31,028 bases of DNA from a virus (taxonomy: Duplodnaviria; Caudoviricetes): IMG/VR virus record IMGVR_UViG_3300005758_000686, positions 1 to 31,028 of that record; one strand, written 5' to 3'. The position numbers were made by a program, and so were the translations under genes. Shown here piece after piece: positions 8,827-17,714 of this stretch (position 1 is the stretch's first letter; every line of letters starts with the position of its first letter). The notes beneath the pieces are model-generated. The model was not told the DNA's origin. It ran no database searches and saw only the letters and a program-made list of their open reading frames with translations.

Positions 8827-9324
8827 TCACATAACCTCAACTAGCAATACGGCCAAACCTTTCTCTTCAATCCCAAGAGCTCTGGCCGAACCGAGCGACA
8901 AATCGAATTCTCTGCCGCGAATGAACGGTCCTCTATCATTGATTCGAATCACTACGACCCGCCCGTTCTCGGGATTGGTCAATCTAACAATCGTGCCGAA
9001 TGGTAGAGATCTGTGGGCGGCGGTGAGTCCCATTGGGTTGTACCGCTCGCCATTCGCGGTGATTTTACCGTGTCTATACCAAGATGCTCTTGCGTTGTAC
9101 CTGCGCACCACGCGATGCATCTTATCGGCAGCGTTGTCGTCGCTCGCCTCTTGAGTCTGGGCATTAGTCTCAGCCGTTGTATTGGCCGCGTCAGCTTGTG
9201 GGCTGACTACACGCTCCTCCGTAGAATCATTTTCACGTGTGTTGTTGATACCGTTCGCTGCGCTCGAAACGCAAAATAGTGAAATGCCCAAACTCAAAAG
9301 CGCGATTAGAATGCGCTTTTGCAA
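8827..9324 (-). CDS. rlpA: RlpA-family lytic transglycosylase (double-psi beta barrel) with signal peptide
   Basis: ASWY, TANGERY, TAAHRSLPFGT, RINDRGPF, DLS..SARALG; hydrophobic N-terminus; AGGAG SD before TTG. Confidence 0.92.
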   Translation of the reverse strand: MQKRILIALLSLGISLFCVSSAANGINNTRENDSTEERVVSPQADAANTTAETNAQTQEASDDNAADKMHRVVRRYNARASWYRHGKITANGERYNPMGLTAAHRSLPFGTIVRLTNPENGRVVVIRINDRGPFIRGREFDLSLGSARALGIEEKGLAVLLVEVM

Positions 9325-9390
9325 AGTTTGATCTCCTAATCTGATTTGATGGACCCGAAGTCCACTGTCGCAATATGCGACTGCAGTCGG

Positions 9391-9852
9391 CTATGCCGCC
9401 GCCAATCCCTTGTAACGATCCGCCGCAATGCTAGCAGCAAAAGCAAAAGGCTTGACCTTTGGCTCAATGTTACAAGTGCCTATTATATAGCCAATCGCCT
9501 GAGTGACCACGCAAGACGAACCGTAACGTTCGTCCGGATTGATGTCTAGGTGAAGTTCGCAGAATCTTTCGCCGATAGCATCCTTCAACTCAGAATACAG
9601 AGCTTGAACCTTGTATGCTTCGTTCATCAGCCTCAAAGCAGGGCGGCTGATCTTGCGGTCAAAGTCCAGCTCTCGAGTCACAGACCCGAAAACTTTACAG
9701 CCGCGCTTCCCATCGATGTGAACAACGACCACAGTGGCGTAATCGGCATACCACTTGCCATTCAGCTTGAACCTTTCAGAGTCTGAGCCGATATACACCT
9801 TTGATTGGGTTGAGCAGTTTGAAATGTAGGATTTGACTTCTTCGATATTCAT
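9391..9852 (-). CDS. RNase H-like YkuK family protein
   Basis: VYIGSDS, YATVVVVH, RLMNE, ELHLDIN, ASIAAD. Confidence 0.85.
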   Translation of the reverse strand: MNIEEVKSYISNCSTQSKVYIGSDSERFKLNGKWYADYATVVVVHIDGKRGCKVFGSVTRELDFDRKISRPALRLMNEAYKVQALYSELKDAIGERFCELHLDINPDERYGSSCVVTQAIGYIIGTCNIEPKVKPFAFAASIAADRYKGLAAA

Positions 9853-9864
9853 AACACCATACCG

Positions 9865-10305
9865 TTACACGCACAACTTCGTTATACTCTCCCTCTCGGA
9901 AAAGTCAAGCTTTTTAATGTGGCTTCTGTGAACTCTCGCCATAATTTGGTCGTTGTAGAACTTGTCTGATTCTAAGACACCAAGTTGAAATTGAAATTTC
10001 GCCTCGAAGTAGTTGCATTCGCCTTTGCTTTTACAAAGGACTAAAATCTCTCTGATGAAATTATCTTCGCCGATCTCTTCAACGTCTGCTTTTAGAAGTT
10101 TGTTCGAACCCCAATACTTCTTCCAATCGGACTCGACAAGGAATCTTTTCTTCTTGCCTTTGACAATCTTGCTCTTTTTGAATTTCAACAGCTTCTTGCC
10201 GATGTACTTTCTGTCATCGGTAAGATTTGTGATGCAATACACGAAGCCAACGTACTGGTCAAGTATCGATTCGTCAATCGGATTTGATTCATAAAGCCAA
10301 GTCAT
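9865..10305 (-). CDS. Short GIY-YIG-like nuclease-domain protein
   Basis: GFVYCITN..DDRKYIGKK, YWGS, FIREIL, YFE, FYN. Confidence 0.85.
   Translation of the reverse strand: MTWLYESNPIDESILDQYVGFVYCITNLTDDRKYIGKKLLKFKKSKIVKGKKKRFLVESDWKKYWGSNKLLKADVEEIGEDNFIREILVLCKSKGECNYFEAKFQFQLGVLESDKFYNDQIMARVHRSHIKKLDFSERESITKLCV
9881..9908 (-). promoter_or_regulatory. Sigma70-type promoter
   Basis: TTGACT-16 nt-TATAAC inside the 3' end of the upstream gene; same GCTTGACT -35 context as at 1992-1999. Confidence 0.55.
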
Positions 10306-10334
10306 AGAGGGGATCCTTTCCCCTCTATTTATTA
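10304..10334 (-). promoter_or_regulatory. Late-promoter-like box plus hairpin over the start region
   Basis: TAATAAATA (10326-10334) overlapping a perfect 10 bp stem ATAGAGGGGA-AAGGA-TCCCCTCTAT that includes the AT of the ATG. Confidence 0.75.
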
Positions 10335-10339
10335 TTCAG

Positions 10340-10603
10340 TCAGAAGTCTTCCCTTCCGCCATCAGGCCACTCGTCTTCATCTTCATCGTCTTCTTCTTCC
10401 GAATCGGACCCGTAGGTCTCTTCTAGAACCTCATCAAGGACTGTATCAATCCCTGTGCACTCAAACAGAGTGTCGCAATCGAAGTTTGAAAATTCCTCGA
10501 TCATACATTTGTACACCGCCGCGCGCTCTTCTTCGTCGATCACAATGTCAGCGATCGATTCGGCGATATTCGCAAACAAACGAGAACCAGAACTCCAACT
10601 CAT
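10340..10603 (-). CDS. Acidic hypothetical protein
   Basis: MSWSSGSRLF start overlaps the nrdB stop (ATGA); 87 aa with acidic tail. Confidence 0.75.
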   Translation of the reverse strand: MSWSSGSRLFANIAESIADIVIDEEERAAVYKCMIEEFSNFDCDTLFECTGIDTVLDEVLEETYGSDSEEEDDEDEDEWPDGGREDF

Positions 10604-11721
10604 AGTGACAATCCTTTCAGTGTAGAACTTGATACGTCTTTCTTGATACCGCCGATTACGTACGACGTGATTTGTGTTTCCTGAGGAGCGACCTGAACGT
10701 CGCCGCCACTGATCCACTTCTGCGTCCAGGGCAACGGATTCGATCCAGTCTTGAACAGCAGCGGAAGACCAACCGCCTGAAGGCGACGATTGGTGATCCA
10801 CTCTACATATTCATCAAGAAGAACCTTGTTCAGACCAATCATCGAGCCGTCCTTGAACAGATAATCTGCCCAGGCCTTCTCCTGATTAGCTGCGTCAAGG
10901 AACATCTTAGAGCAGTCTTCCTTGGTCTCTTCACGAATCTTCAAGAAATCCTCGTCATCTTGCGGAAGGATCTTCAAGAGATGTTGAGTGCTGGCGAGGT
11001 GCAGGTTCTCGTCGCGCGCGATCAGCTTAATGATCTTTGCGTTGCCTTCCATCTTCTTGACCTCGGCGAACGCCCAGGAGCAAGCAAAACTGACGTAGAA
11101 GCGAATGCCCTCAAGGATGTTCACTGACATCAGTGCCATCCAAAGCGCCTTCTTGTGTTTGTATAGAACCTCTTCTGGATGATCGAATCTGTCGTTTTGA
11201 TACCCGGTTGATTGTGCAATGTTATTATAACGAATCAGCTCGTCGTAATACTTCGAAATGTCACTGGCGCAGTCAACGATCTCGGCAATGTCCATCATCT
11301 CATCAAACACCTTTGACGGATCGGGGTAGACGTTGCGAATGATGTGGCTGTAGCTGCGCGAGTGAATCGTTTCCGAGAACGCCCAAGTCGAGATCCAGGT
11401 TTCAATCTCTGGAAGAGATGCGATGGGAAGGAACGCAATGTTCGGCGAACGACCCTGAACAGAGTCAAGAAGAATCTGTCGCTTCAGGTTCGACGTAAAG
11501 ATGTGTTGCTCGTGCTTTGTAAGAGCCTTGAAATCCTTCGCGTCGCGAATGACCTCAACCTCCTCTGGGCGCCAGAAGAAGCCGAGTTGCTGATTGGTCA
11601 GCTTCTCGAAGATTGGATACTTCTGGCGATCGTAACGAGCCACAGTCACAGGCTCGTCGAGGAAACACTTAGCGGTTGCGAAGTTGCGCTTGTTACTAGC
11701 ATCGAAAACGCTATACGTCAT
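10600..11721 (-). CDS. nrdB: Ribonucleotide reductase class Ia beta subunit
   Basis: FFWRPEE, QILLDSVQ, ETIHSRSY, LEGIRFYVSF, ARDENLH, QVAPQETQITSY; start set at ATG 11721 (ATGA overlap). Confidence 0.97.
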   Translation of the reverse strand: MTYSVFDASNKRNFATAKCFLDEPVTVARYDRQKYPIFEKLTNQQLGFFWRPEEVEVIRDAKDFKALTKHEQHIFTSNLKRQILLDSVQGRSPNIAFLPIASLPEIETWISTWAFSETIHSRSYSHIIRNVYPDPSKVFDEMMDIAEIVDCASDISKYYDELIRYNNIAQSTGYQNDRFDHPEEVLYKHKKALWMALMSVNILEGIRFYVSFACSWAFAEVKKMEGNAKIIKLIARDENLHLASTQHLLKILPQDDEDFLKIREETKEDCSKMFLDAANQEKAWADYLFKDGSMIGLNKVLLDEYVEWITNRRLQAVGLPLLFKTGSNPLPWTQKWISGGDVQVAPQETQITSYVIGGIKKDVSSSTLKGLSL

Positions 11722-11912
11722 ATGTTTCTTCCTATTGTAATGTTTTTCTGCGCTCGTATTTCTTTGTTCCCCCAGGTCCAACACTCGCCCGTTCCATCTT
11801 GAAAACAAACCCAACAAAGGTCACTTTCAACTCCATAGTCAATGAGGAAATGGGCGAGCGCCGGTCCCCTTGGGGTGACCAAAGGAATCGGCGGATTTAG
11901 TTGAAGGATCAA
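11718..11912 (-). CDS. Small hypothetical protein between nrdA and nrdB
   Basis: 64 aa (QLNPPIPLVTPRG..IDYG..GECWTW), overlapping both neighbours by 4 nt. Confidence 0.8.
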   Translation of the reverse strand: MILQLNPPIPLVTPRGPALAHFLIDYGVESDLCWVCFQDGTGECWTWGNKEIRAQKNITIGRNI

Positions 11913-14212
11913 ATCTTACAGCTCTCGCAGTCTTCGTCGTCAATCTTACCCTGTTCAAGTTCGGGTAGAACAGTCTCTTCGCCTGCGTTGTCGGCTGTGT
12001 TGAAGTAGTACAGCTGTTTTCCGCCGTAACGATAGAACATAACGATGTGCTTGATCATTTCGGACAGGGGAATCTTATGCACGGTCTCGCCTTCCTCGAG
12101 CGGGTAATGCTCGGGATTGTAACTGGTGTTGACCGAAATTCCCTGATCGATGAACTTCTGCAACACAGCGCAAATCTTCAAGTAACCTTCCGGAGACTTC
12201 TGGTCCCAAAGAAGATTATACTTGTTCTTGAGCTTACGAACTTCCGGAACAACCTGCTTAAGCACGCCATCCTTCGAAACCTTGACAGAAACAAGAGAAC
12301 GCGGCGGCTCAATACCATTGGTGGCATTGCTCAGCTGCGCCGAAGTTTCGGCCGGCATCAGAGCCATCAGAGTCGAGTTACGAATTCCCGTCTGACTCAG
12401 CTGAAGACGGAGCGACTCCCAGTCCATATTGTAAACTGGATCGGCGAGCTCGTCAACTTCTTTCTTGTATGTGTCGATCGGAAGCACGCCTGCGTGATAC
12501 TTCGTCTCAAGAGATAGAGGGCACTGACCCTTCTCAATCGCAAGATCAGCAGACGCTTTGATCAGATAATAAGACCAAGCCTCTGTATACTCGTGAAGCT
12601 TCTGAAGACCTATAGAATCAATGTTCTGATAAGATAGGTCATTACGAGCGAGCCAGTAAGCAAGATTGATGATACCAACTCCAAGCGGTCTTCTTGACAT
12701 AGTCGATCTTTTCGCAGCTTCAACCGGATAGTCCTGGTAATCAAGAAGCTCATCCAGAGCGCGGACAACAAGAGTGCAAGGACGTTCAAAATCTCGAGGA
12801 TCACGAATCTTTCCCCAGTTGATTGCTGAGAGCGTGCATAGTGAGATTTCTCCGCTTCCGTCTGTCAGGCTATTTAGAGGCTTGGTAGGAAGATCGATCT
12901 CGGAGCAAAGGTTAGACATACGAATTGGCGCGACATCCTTGTCAAAGGATCCGTGGTCATTCGCGTGGTCAACGTTCATCAGATAGATACGACCCGTGTC
13001 CTTTCGTTCTTGAAGGAAGGAAGAGAACAGATCAATGGCCGGGATCGACTTCTTTCTGATGGCGGGATTCTTTTCTGCTGCTTCGTAAAGCTCGCGGAAG
13101 CGATCGTTATCAACAAAAAAAGCGTCGTAGAGCTCCGGAACATCGTTGGGGCTGAACAGAGTGATGACCCCATCCGAAAGCAGACGCTCGTACATCACCT
13201 TGTTGAATTGAACGCCGTAGTCAAGATGACGAATACGATTATCCTCGACGCCCTTGTTGTTCTTCAACACCAGGAGATCTTCAACCTCAAGATGCCAGAT
13301 TGGGTAGTAGAGGGTCGCGGCACCACCACGAACTCCGCCTTGGCTGCAAGACTTTACCGCAGATTGAAAGTGCTTATAGAATGGTATAACGCCAGTGTGA
13401 CTAGCATCTCCATTACGGATAGGAGAACCAATAGCGCGAATGCGCCCAGCGCCAATGCCAATACCAGCTTTTTGTGAGACATACTTTACGATCGATGATG
13501 CTGTTGCGTTGATTGAATCAAGAGAGTCGTCCGTTTCAATCAGAACGCAGGATGAGAACTGCTTTTGTGGGCTGCGAAGGCCAGCCATAATGGGAGTTGG
13601 GAGTGAGATCTCAAAAGTCGAAATCGCATCATAGAAGTCCTTGACCCACTTCAGGCGGATTGACTTCTCGTAGTTCCGGAACAGCGTCATAGCAATGAGC
13701 ATATACGCCATCTGCGGCGTCTCATAGAACGTATTGGTAACACGGTTCTTGATCAGGTACTTGCCACGGAACTGCTCCATACCGGCGTAGACGATCTGGA
13801 AGTCGCGATCGTGGTCGATTTGTTTGTCAAGCCACTGAAATTCTTCGAAGTCGTAGTCCGCGCGAAGTTCTTTCGTGTAGTATCCCCAATCAGCCACGTG
13901 GTCGTAATGATCATACAGAGAGATAGGTTCCGGCCGACCCCAGATCTCCTTGCGCAAATTGTAGTTGATCAGACGAGACGCAACGTACTGATAGTTGGGC
14001 GCGTCTTCTGAGATCAACTCAGCGGCAGCCTTGATCAGCGTTTCGTGAATGTCAGTAGACTTGATCTTGTCGTAGAACTGAACGCGAGACTTGATCTCGA
14101 TCTCAGACTCTGAGACGCCGTTCAGGCCATCACAAGCCCAGCGAACAACCTTGTGGAATTTGTTTAGGTCAAGCGGTTCTAGTCGCCCGTCTCTCTTTTG
14201 GACTCTGATCAT
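11909..14212 (-). CDS. nrdA: Ribonucleotide reductase class Ia alpha subunit with ATP cone
   Basis: VQKRDG ATP cone, PTPIMAG, QFSSCVL, SNLCSEI, LMPAETS, KQLYY, C-terminal CESC. Confidence 0.98.
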   Translation of the reverse strand: MIRVQKRDGRLEPLDLNKFHKVVRWACDGLNGVSESEIEIKSRVQFYDKIKSTDIHETLIKAAAELISEDAPNYQYVASRLINYNLRKEIWGRPEPISLYDHYDHVADWGYYTKELRADYDFEEFQWLDKQIDHDRDFQIVYAGMEQFRGKYLIKNRVTNTFYETPQMAYMLIAMTLFRNYEKSIRLKWVKDFYDAISTFEISLPTPIMAGLRSPQKQFSSCVLIETDDSLDSINATASSIVKYVSQKAGIGIGAGRIRAIGSPIRNGDASHTGVIPFYKHFQSAVKSCSQGGVRGGAATLYYPIWHLEVEDLLVLKNNKGVEDNRIRHLDYGVQFNKVMYERLLSDGVITLFSPNDVPELYDAFFVDNDRFRELYEAAEKNPAIRKKSIPAIDLFSSFLQERKDTGRIYLMNVDHANDHGSFDKDVAPIRMSNLCSEIDLPTKPLNSLTDGSGEISLCTLSAINWGKIRDPRDFERPCTLVVRALDELLDYQDYPVEAAKRSTMSRRPLGVGIINLAYWLARNDLSYQNIDSIGLQKLHEYTEAWSYYLIKASADLAIEKGQCPLSLETKYHAGVLPIDTYKKEVDELADPVYNMDWESLRLQLSQTGIRNSTLMALMPAETSAQLSNATNGIEPPRSLVSVKVSKDGVLKQVVPEVRKLKNKYNLLWDQKSPEGYLKICAVLQKFIDQGISVNTSYNPEHYPLEEGETVHKIPLSEMIKHIVMFYRYGGKQLYYFNTADNAGEETVLPELEQGKIDDEDCESCKI

Positions 14213-14221
14213 AGTTGTTCC

Positions 14222-14878
14222 TTATTGTTGTTCTGTCAAAAACTGAAAGTAGTTGGCAATTTGGTTCCAAGCACTCTTGGCGACATCGATATGTTCTTTC
14301 TGAGTTCCGTTTGCCATACGAAGCTCGCAATAGTGAATCCAAGAACGCAGTGTCCCGTTCATATACATACGAGAAGCAGTCAATCCTTCAGGCAACACTG
14401 CGCGTGCCTGCTCCTTGGCTATACCGGCCAAGACAGCCCATTCGTAAATGTCTTTTGCTTTTTCTATGAGTTCTAGCTGCCGAGACTCCCACTCGTCGTT
14501 GAGCGCGACAGCGTCATAGTTGACAATGCTGTTCTGACGGTTCTTAGTGTCCTGCATACGGGCTTGGCGAGTTACAAAGCCAAGATCCTTTGTAGGATCA
14601 GCATAACGTTGTGAAAATTCTTGAAACGAGAAGCTACGATGACGTAGAATCTGTCGGGCAATGTCGCGAGTTGTGTCAATTTGCATAACAACGTTAACCA
14701 TTTCGAATACGCTGAAATGCTTGTTTCTAATACAATATCTGAGAAGCTTTTCGCTGGTTTCATTGTTCACCTGATTTGCTGGGTTGGACACACGAGCCGC
14801 GTAAGCAATCAGTTGTTCCGCCGTTTGAACTCCTTCGATCAGCGGATTGGTGATTGCAATGATCTTCGCCTCATTCAT
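14222..14878 (-). CDS. thyX: FAD-dependent thymidylate synthase
   Basis: ThyX motif RHRSFSFQEFSQRY, HFSVFE, EQARAVLP, TQKEH. Confidence 0.97.
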   Translation of the reverse strand: MNEAKIIAITNPLIEGVQTAEQLIAYAARVSNPANQVNNETSEKLLRYCIRNKHFSVFEMVNVVMQIDTTRDIARQILRHRSFSFQEFSQRYADPTKDLGFVTRQARMQDTKNRQNSIVNYDAVALNDEWESRQLELIEKAKDIYEWAVLAGIAKEQARAVLPEGLTASRMYMNGTLRSWIHYCELRMANGTQKEHIDVAKSAWNQIANYFQFLTEQQ

Positions 14879-15188
14879 TATGTAGGTTCCTTTGTATTCG
14901 TTTCGCGATAGCGTGGAGCTTGTTCTTCTCCGGATGATTATTTACCCACATACCAGTATGCGGTTTGAAGTTTTGTCTGAACCAGGCGTCTAAGTCTGGC
15001 CGTCTTGTATCAATCTTTAGGTCAATGCTGTATGCAAGAGCGTCGAATTCTGCATCAGACATAATCGACGTCCCCATACACTCATACGCGTATGCGGCGA
15101 CCGAAAGCCTGATGCGTTTGCGAGTCTCCACGTCGACGATGAAGTTATATAGAGACTCGCCTTCTTCAAAGAACTGTTCAAGACTCAT
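14871..15188 (-). CDS. Small protein resembling the N-terminal (Ia) subdomain of NAD-dependent DNA ligase
   Basis: AYAYE....IMSDAEFDAL resembles YY....P.ISDAEYD.L; ATG 15188 overlaps the upstream stop (TAATG). Confidence 0.65.
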   Translation of the reverse strand: MSLEQFFEEGESLYNFIVDVETRKRIRLSVAAYAYECMGTSIMSDAEFDALAYSIDLKIDTRRPDLDAWFRQNFKPHTGMWVNNHPEKNKLHAIAKRIQRNLHNE

Positions 15189-15394
15189 TACGGATACAGC
15201 CTGAATGTCTTGACCCAAGTGCGGAGAGTGCGCTTCTCTTGAACGAGTTTCTCGGCAAGCTCTTCGGAATGTGTCGTTGCAACTATGCATTTGAAGTCTT
15301 GAGCGTTCTGCGCCATCGACCAAAATTCTATCACAACGTACTCAACGCTCCATTCGCCGTTTTCTGGCGGCTTGTCGTAATAAACGAGGCTCAT
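15188..15394 (-). CDS. Hypothetical protein
   Basis: 68 aa, coupled to the primase stop (ATGA) and to the next start. Confidence 0.7.
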   Translation of the reverse strand: MSLVYYDKPPENGEWSVEYVVIEFWSMAQNAQDFKCIVATTHSEELAEKLVQEKRTLRTWVKTFRLYP

Positions 15395-16425
15395 GCCTTA
15401 CTCCAAGCGTTCAACGCGAGCTTGGCGCGAAGATCGCTGTACGTATTCGTATCGATGATGTAGCGAACAAATTCGGGACTCAAACCAGCCATCACCATAT
15501 CGTTCACGTCCTTGTGAACAAGATTCGACGGCCAGATACAAACATTATAACCGTTGATGATGGCTTTATCAAGCTTTTTCTTCGTCTCGGCAGACCTTGG
15601 CTCGTTGTCATACACAACCACCAGATTCTTCTTCGGCATATCCTTCACGGTCGAGACTAAGTCTCCGCCCGCTGTAGCAATCGAATTCGGAACGAACATT
15701 GAGTCGATTGGTCCTTCGAACACGTAGCATTTCTTGTTGAAGTCAACTTCGTCGAGCCCATACACCTTCGGTAACAACTCGTTGTTGACGATGGTTATAT
15801 AGCGACTCTTCGAAGAGTTATCTAGAGATCTGCCTTGGAACGCGTGCATCTCTTTCTCTTTCGTGAAGAAAGGGATCAACAAACGTCCTTCGTCGTACAG
15901 CAACGACTCTTTGCTGAATTTGTTTGGGATGATCTCGTTCGCCCAGCTGAAGAACTTCGGCACAAAGAACATCTTTGCGTGGAACGGATTCGGAATCATA
16001 CGATGCGCCACGAACATCTTGCAAGGATGATTGGCCGGAAGCTGACTAACCTTCTTCAGACCCTTGAGTGGGCCCGATTGAAGGAACACCGGCGTCCGCA
16101 TCTTGTCGACGAATTCCTCAAGATCTTGTTGCTCGATAGGCTTTTCGCGCTTCTCGCCCTTCAACCGCTCCATATTGAAGTCGGAATACAGCGCGAAGTC
16201 AAGGTTTTTGAGGAATGTTGGGAAGTTGTATGTCAGGTTGCAGTTGTGGCAATGAAACATCGTGACACCTTTCTTGGTATACACGTAGCCTCTAGCCTTC
16301 CTCTTGTCCGTTGCAGAGTCATTGCAGAAGGGACAAGAGAAGCAGTAAAGCGTTCCTGACTTACGCTTGTAATTCCGAAGTCGATTGGACACTAGACCAA
16401 TGTACTTCGCCTCTAACCAGTTCAT
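15391..16425 (-). CDS. gp61: DNA primase (T4 gp61-like)
   Basis: Zn finger CPFC..CHNC, FQGRSL, FEGPIDSMF, DNEPR, KDVNDM. Confidence 0.96.
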   Translation of the reverse strand: MNWLEAKYIGLVSNRLRNYKRKSGTLYCFSCPFCNDSATDKRKARGYVYTKKGVTMFHCHNCNLTYNFPTFLKNLDFALYSDFNMERLKGEKREKPIEQQDLEEFVDKMRTPVFLQSGPLKGLKKVSQLPANHPCKMFVAHRMIPNPFHAKMFFVPKFFSWANEIIPNKFSKESLLYDEGRLLIPFFTKEKEMHAFQGRSLDNSSKSRYITIVNNELLPKVYGLDEVDFNKKCYVFEGPIDSMFVPNSIATAGGDLVSTVKDMPKKNLVVVYDNEPRSAETKKKLDKAIINGYNVCIWPSNLVHKDVNDMVMAGLSPEFVRYIIDTNTYSDLRAKLALNAWSKA

Positions 16426-16457
16426 AACAACAATCCTATATCATAATCACATTACTG

Positions 16458-16485
16458 ATTATACCCGGATCGCAAGAAAAGGCAA
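16458..16485 (-). promoter_or_regulatory. Sigma70-type promoter for the primase/thyX/nrd operon
   Basis: TTGCCT-16 nt-TATAAT in the intergenic gap before primase. Confidence 0.6.
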
Positions 16486-16492
16486 GTGAAAT

Positions 16493-16849
16493 TTACAGGA
16501 ACTTGTTGACGATGATCGGAAGGACCCAACCCGCCAGAGTTACAGCGCCCATCGCCGTCCACAAAGTCTTTTGAATCGTGTCGATTTTGGCGTTCTGCTC
16601 GTTGTGTTGCTTGGTTGAATTTTGTCTGAGAGATTCAACTTCTTCTTTGAGGCTCTCGCGAAACTCTTTAAAAATGGCGTCAACTTCAGCTCTGCGCTTT
16701 TCCATAGAAGTGACGATGTTTTCGGAAGTTTTTTCTTGATGTGATATTCTGTGTTCGTGGACTGCCAACATTCTAGAAAGATCAGAGGCAACTACAGCCA
16801 ATCTTTGAATTGCGTCGTCAAGTTTGTCAAATCGTTCGTTCTCGTTCAC
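16493..16849 (-). CDS. Coiled-coil protein with C-terminal transmembrane helix
   Basis: MLAVHEHRI, heptad-rich middle, hydrophobic WTAMGAVTLAGWVLPII end. Confidence 0.8.
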   Translation of the reverse strand: MNENERFDKLDDAIQRLAVVASDLSRMLAVHEHRISHQEKTSENIVTSMEKRRAEVDAIFKEFRESLKEEVESLRQNSTKQHNEQNAKIDTIQKTLWTAMGAVTLAGWVLPIIVNKFL

Positions 16850-17028
16850 TTGGACAGTCCTTTTAGCATCGTTCTTTTTAGGATTGGGAACAGCACGCGA
16901 AGTTTTTTTTTCTTGGGTGTTACTCCTGGCTCGCCCCTCGGGCCGACACCAATTCCTTCGACGCTACCGCTACCAGCGGCATTAAAAGCACCAACAGAGG
17001 CTGAGTCTTCTTTGATTGGCTTATCCAT
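16846..17028 (-). CDS. Small probable head-associated peptide
   Basis: IKE near the N-terminus then NAAGSGSVEGIG..EPGV..KKKK; overlaps both neighbours. Confidence 0.7.
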   Translation of the reverse strand: MDKPIKEDSASVGAFNAAGSGSVEGIGVGPRGEPGVTPKKKKLRVLFPILKRTMLKGLSK

Positions 17029-17416
17029 TGTTAATCTTTCTTAAAACGATTACTATGTTGTTGTCTAAAGGAATCGAGTCAGTGTAAACCTTCTTGTGCG
17101 TTCCGACGTTACTTATTACCTCTGGTAGAGCATTGATAAGAATAAGAAACGGCTTAATGTATTGGAATTGTTTCTCGGCTTTCAAGAACAGGATCTTCGC
17201 CAAATGTTTGTTAAAACAGTTATGGAGAGTGATCAAGTGGTTAAGGATCAACCGCTCTTTCAACTCTCCAGTCTCTGTGTACCTTGTTATCAATTTCTTA
17301 ACGTACTTGATTCTATCAAGATCCTCGATGAACTCTTCGGTTGAGCTCATACTAGGATTGTCATACACCTTGGCGCAGTAGATTAAGAAGTTATCATCAG
17401 TCAAGTGGTCATTCAT
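17021..17416 (-). CDS. Conserved T4-like hypothetical protein
   Basis: LTDDNFLIY..K.YDNP, EF.EDL.RIKYVKKL, LKERLILNH; ATG 17416 in a TGATG overlap. Confidence 0.85.
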   Translation of the reverse strand: MNDHLTDDNFLIYCAKVYDNPSMSSTEEFIEDLDRIKYVKKLITRYTETGELKERLILNHLITLHNCFNKHLAKILFLKAEKQFQYIKPFLILINALPEVISNVGTHKKVYTDSIPLDNNIVIVLRKINNG

Positions 17417-17700
17417 CACCAAGCAAGCGTTAGAGCCGCTTTACCCCACTTGTTATTAGCAACGCAAATATAAACAGCAGCTCCGTCGTAAGCAATTTGA
17501 CCGGGAATTCCTGCCGATGTGTTACTAGAAGGAGCTGTGTTGCTAATAACTTTGGCCGCCACGCTGTTGGCGAAGTTGGACGTAGTGATAGTTCTCACAT
17601 TTGCTGATGATCCGGGATTGGTTAGCACAACAACCCTGTCTGTTGATGACAGGGTGTTGGCCACGACCAATTCAGAGATCTTCTTTACATTATTTGACAT
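17416..17700 (-). CDS. Small virion structural / fibre-like protein
   Basis: KKISEL start and PSSNTSAGIPGQIAYDGAAVYICVANNKW fibre-type motif. Confidence 0.75.
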   Translation of the reverse strand: MSNNVKKISELVVANTLSSTDRVVVLTNPGSSANVRTITTSNFANSVAAKVISNTAPSSNTSAGIPGQIAYDGAAVYICVANNKWGKAALTLAW

Positions 17701-17714
17701 ACTCTACAGTTCCT

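Noticed and set aside
11722-11817. N-terminal extension of NrdB
   Set aside because: Overlaps the coupled 64 aa gene; NrdB-like sequence starts at 11721
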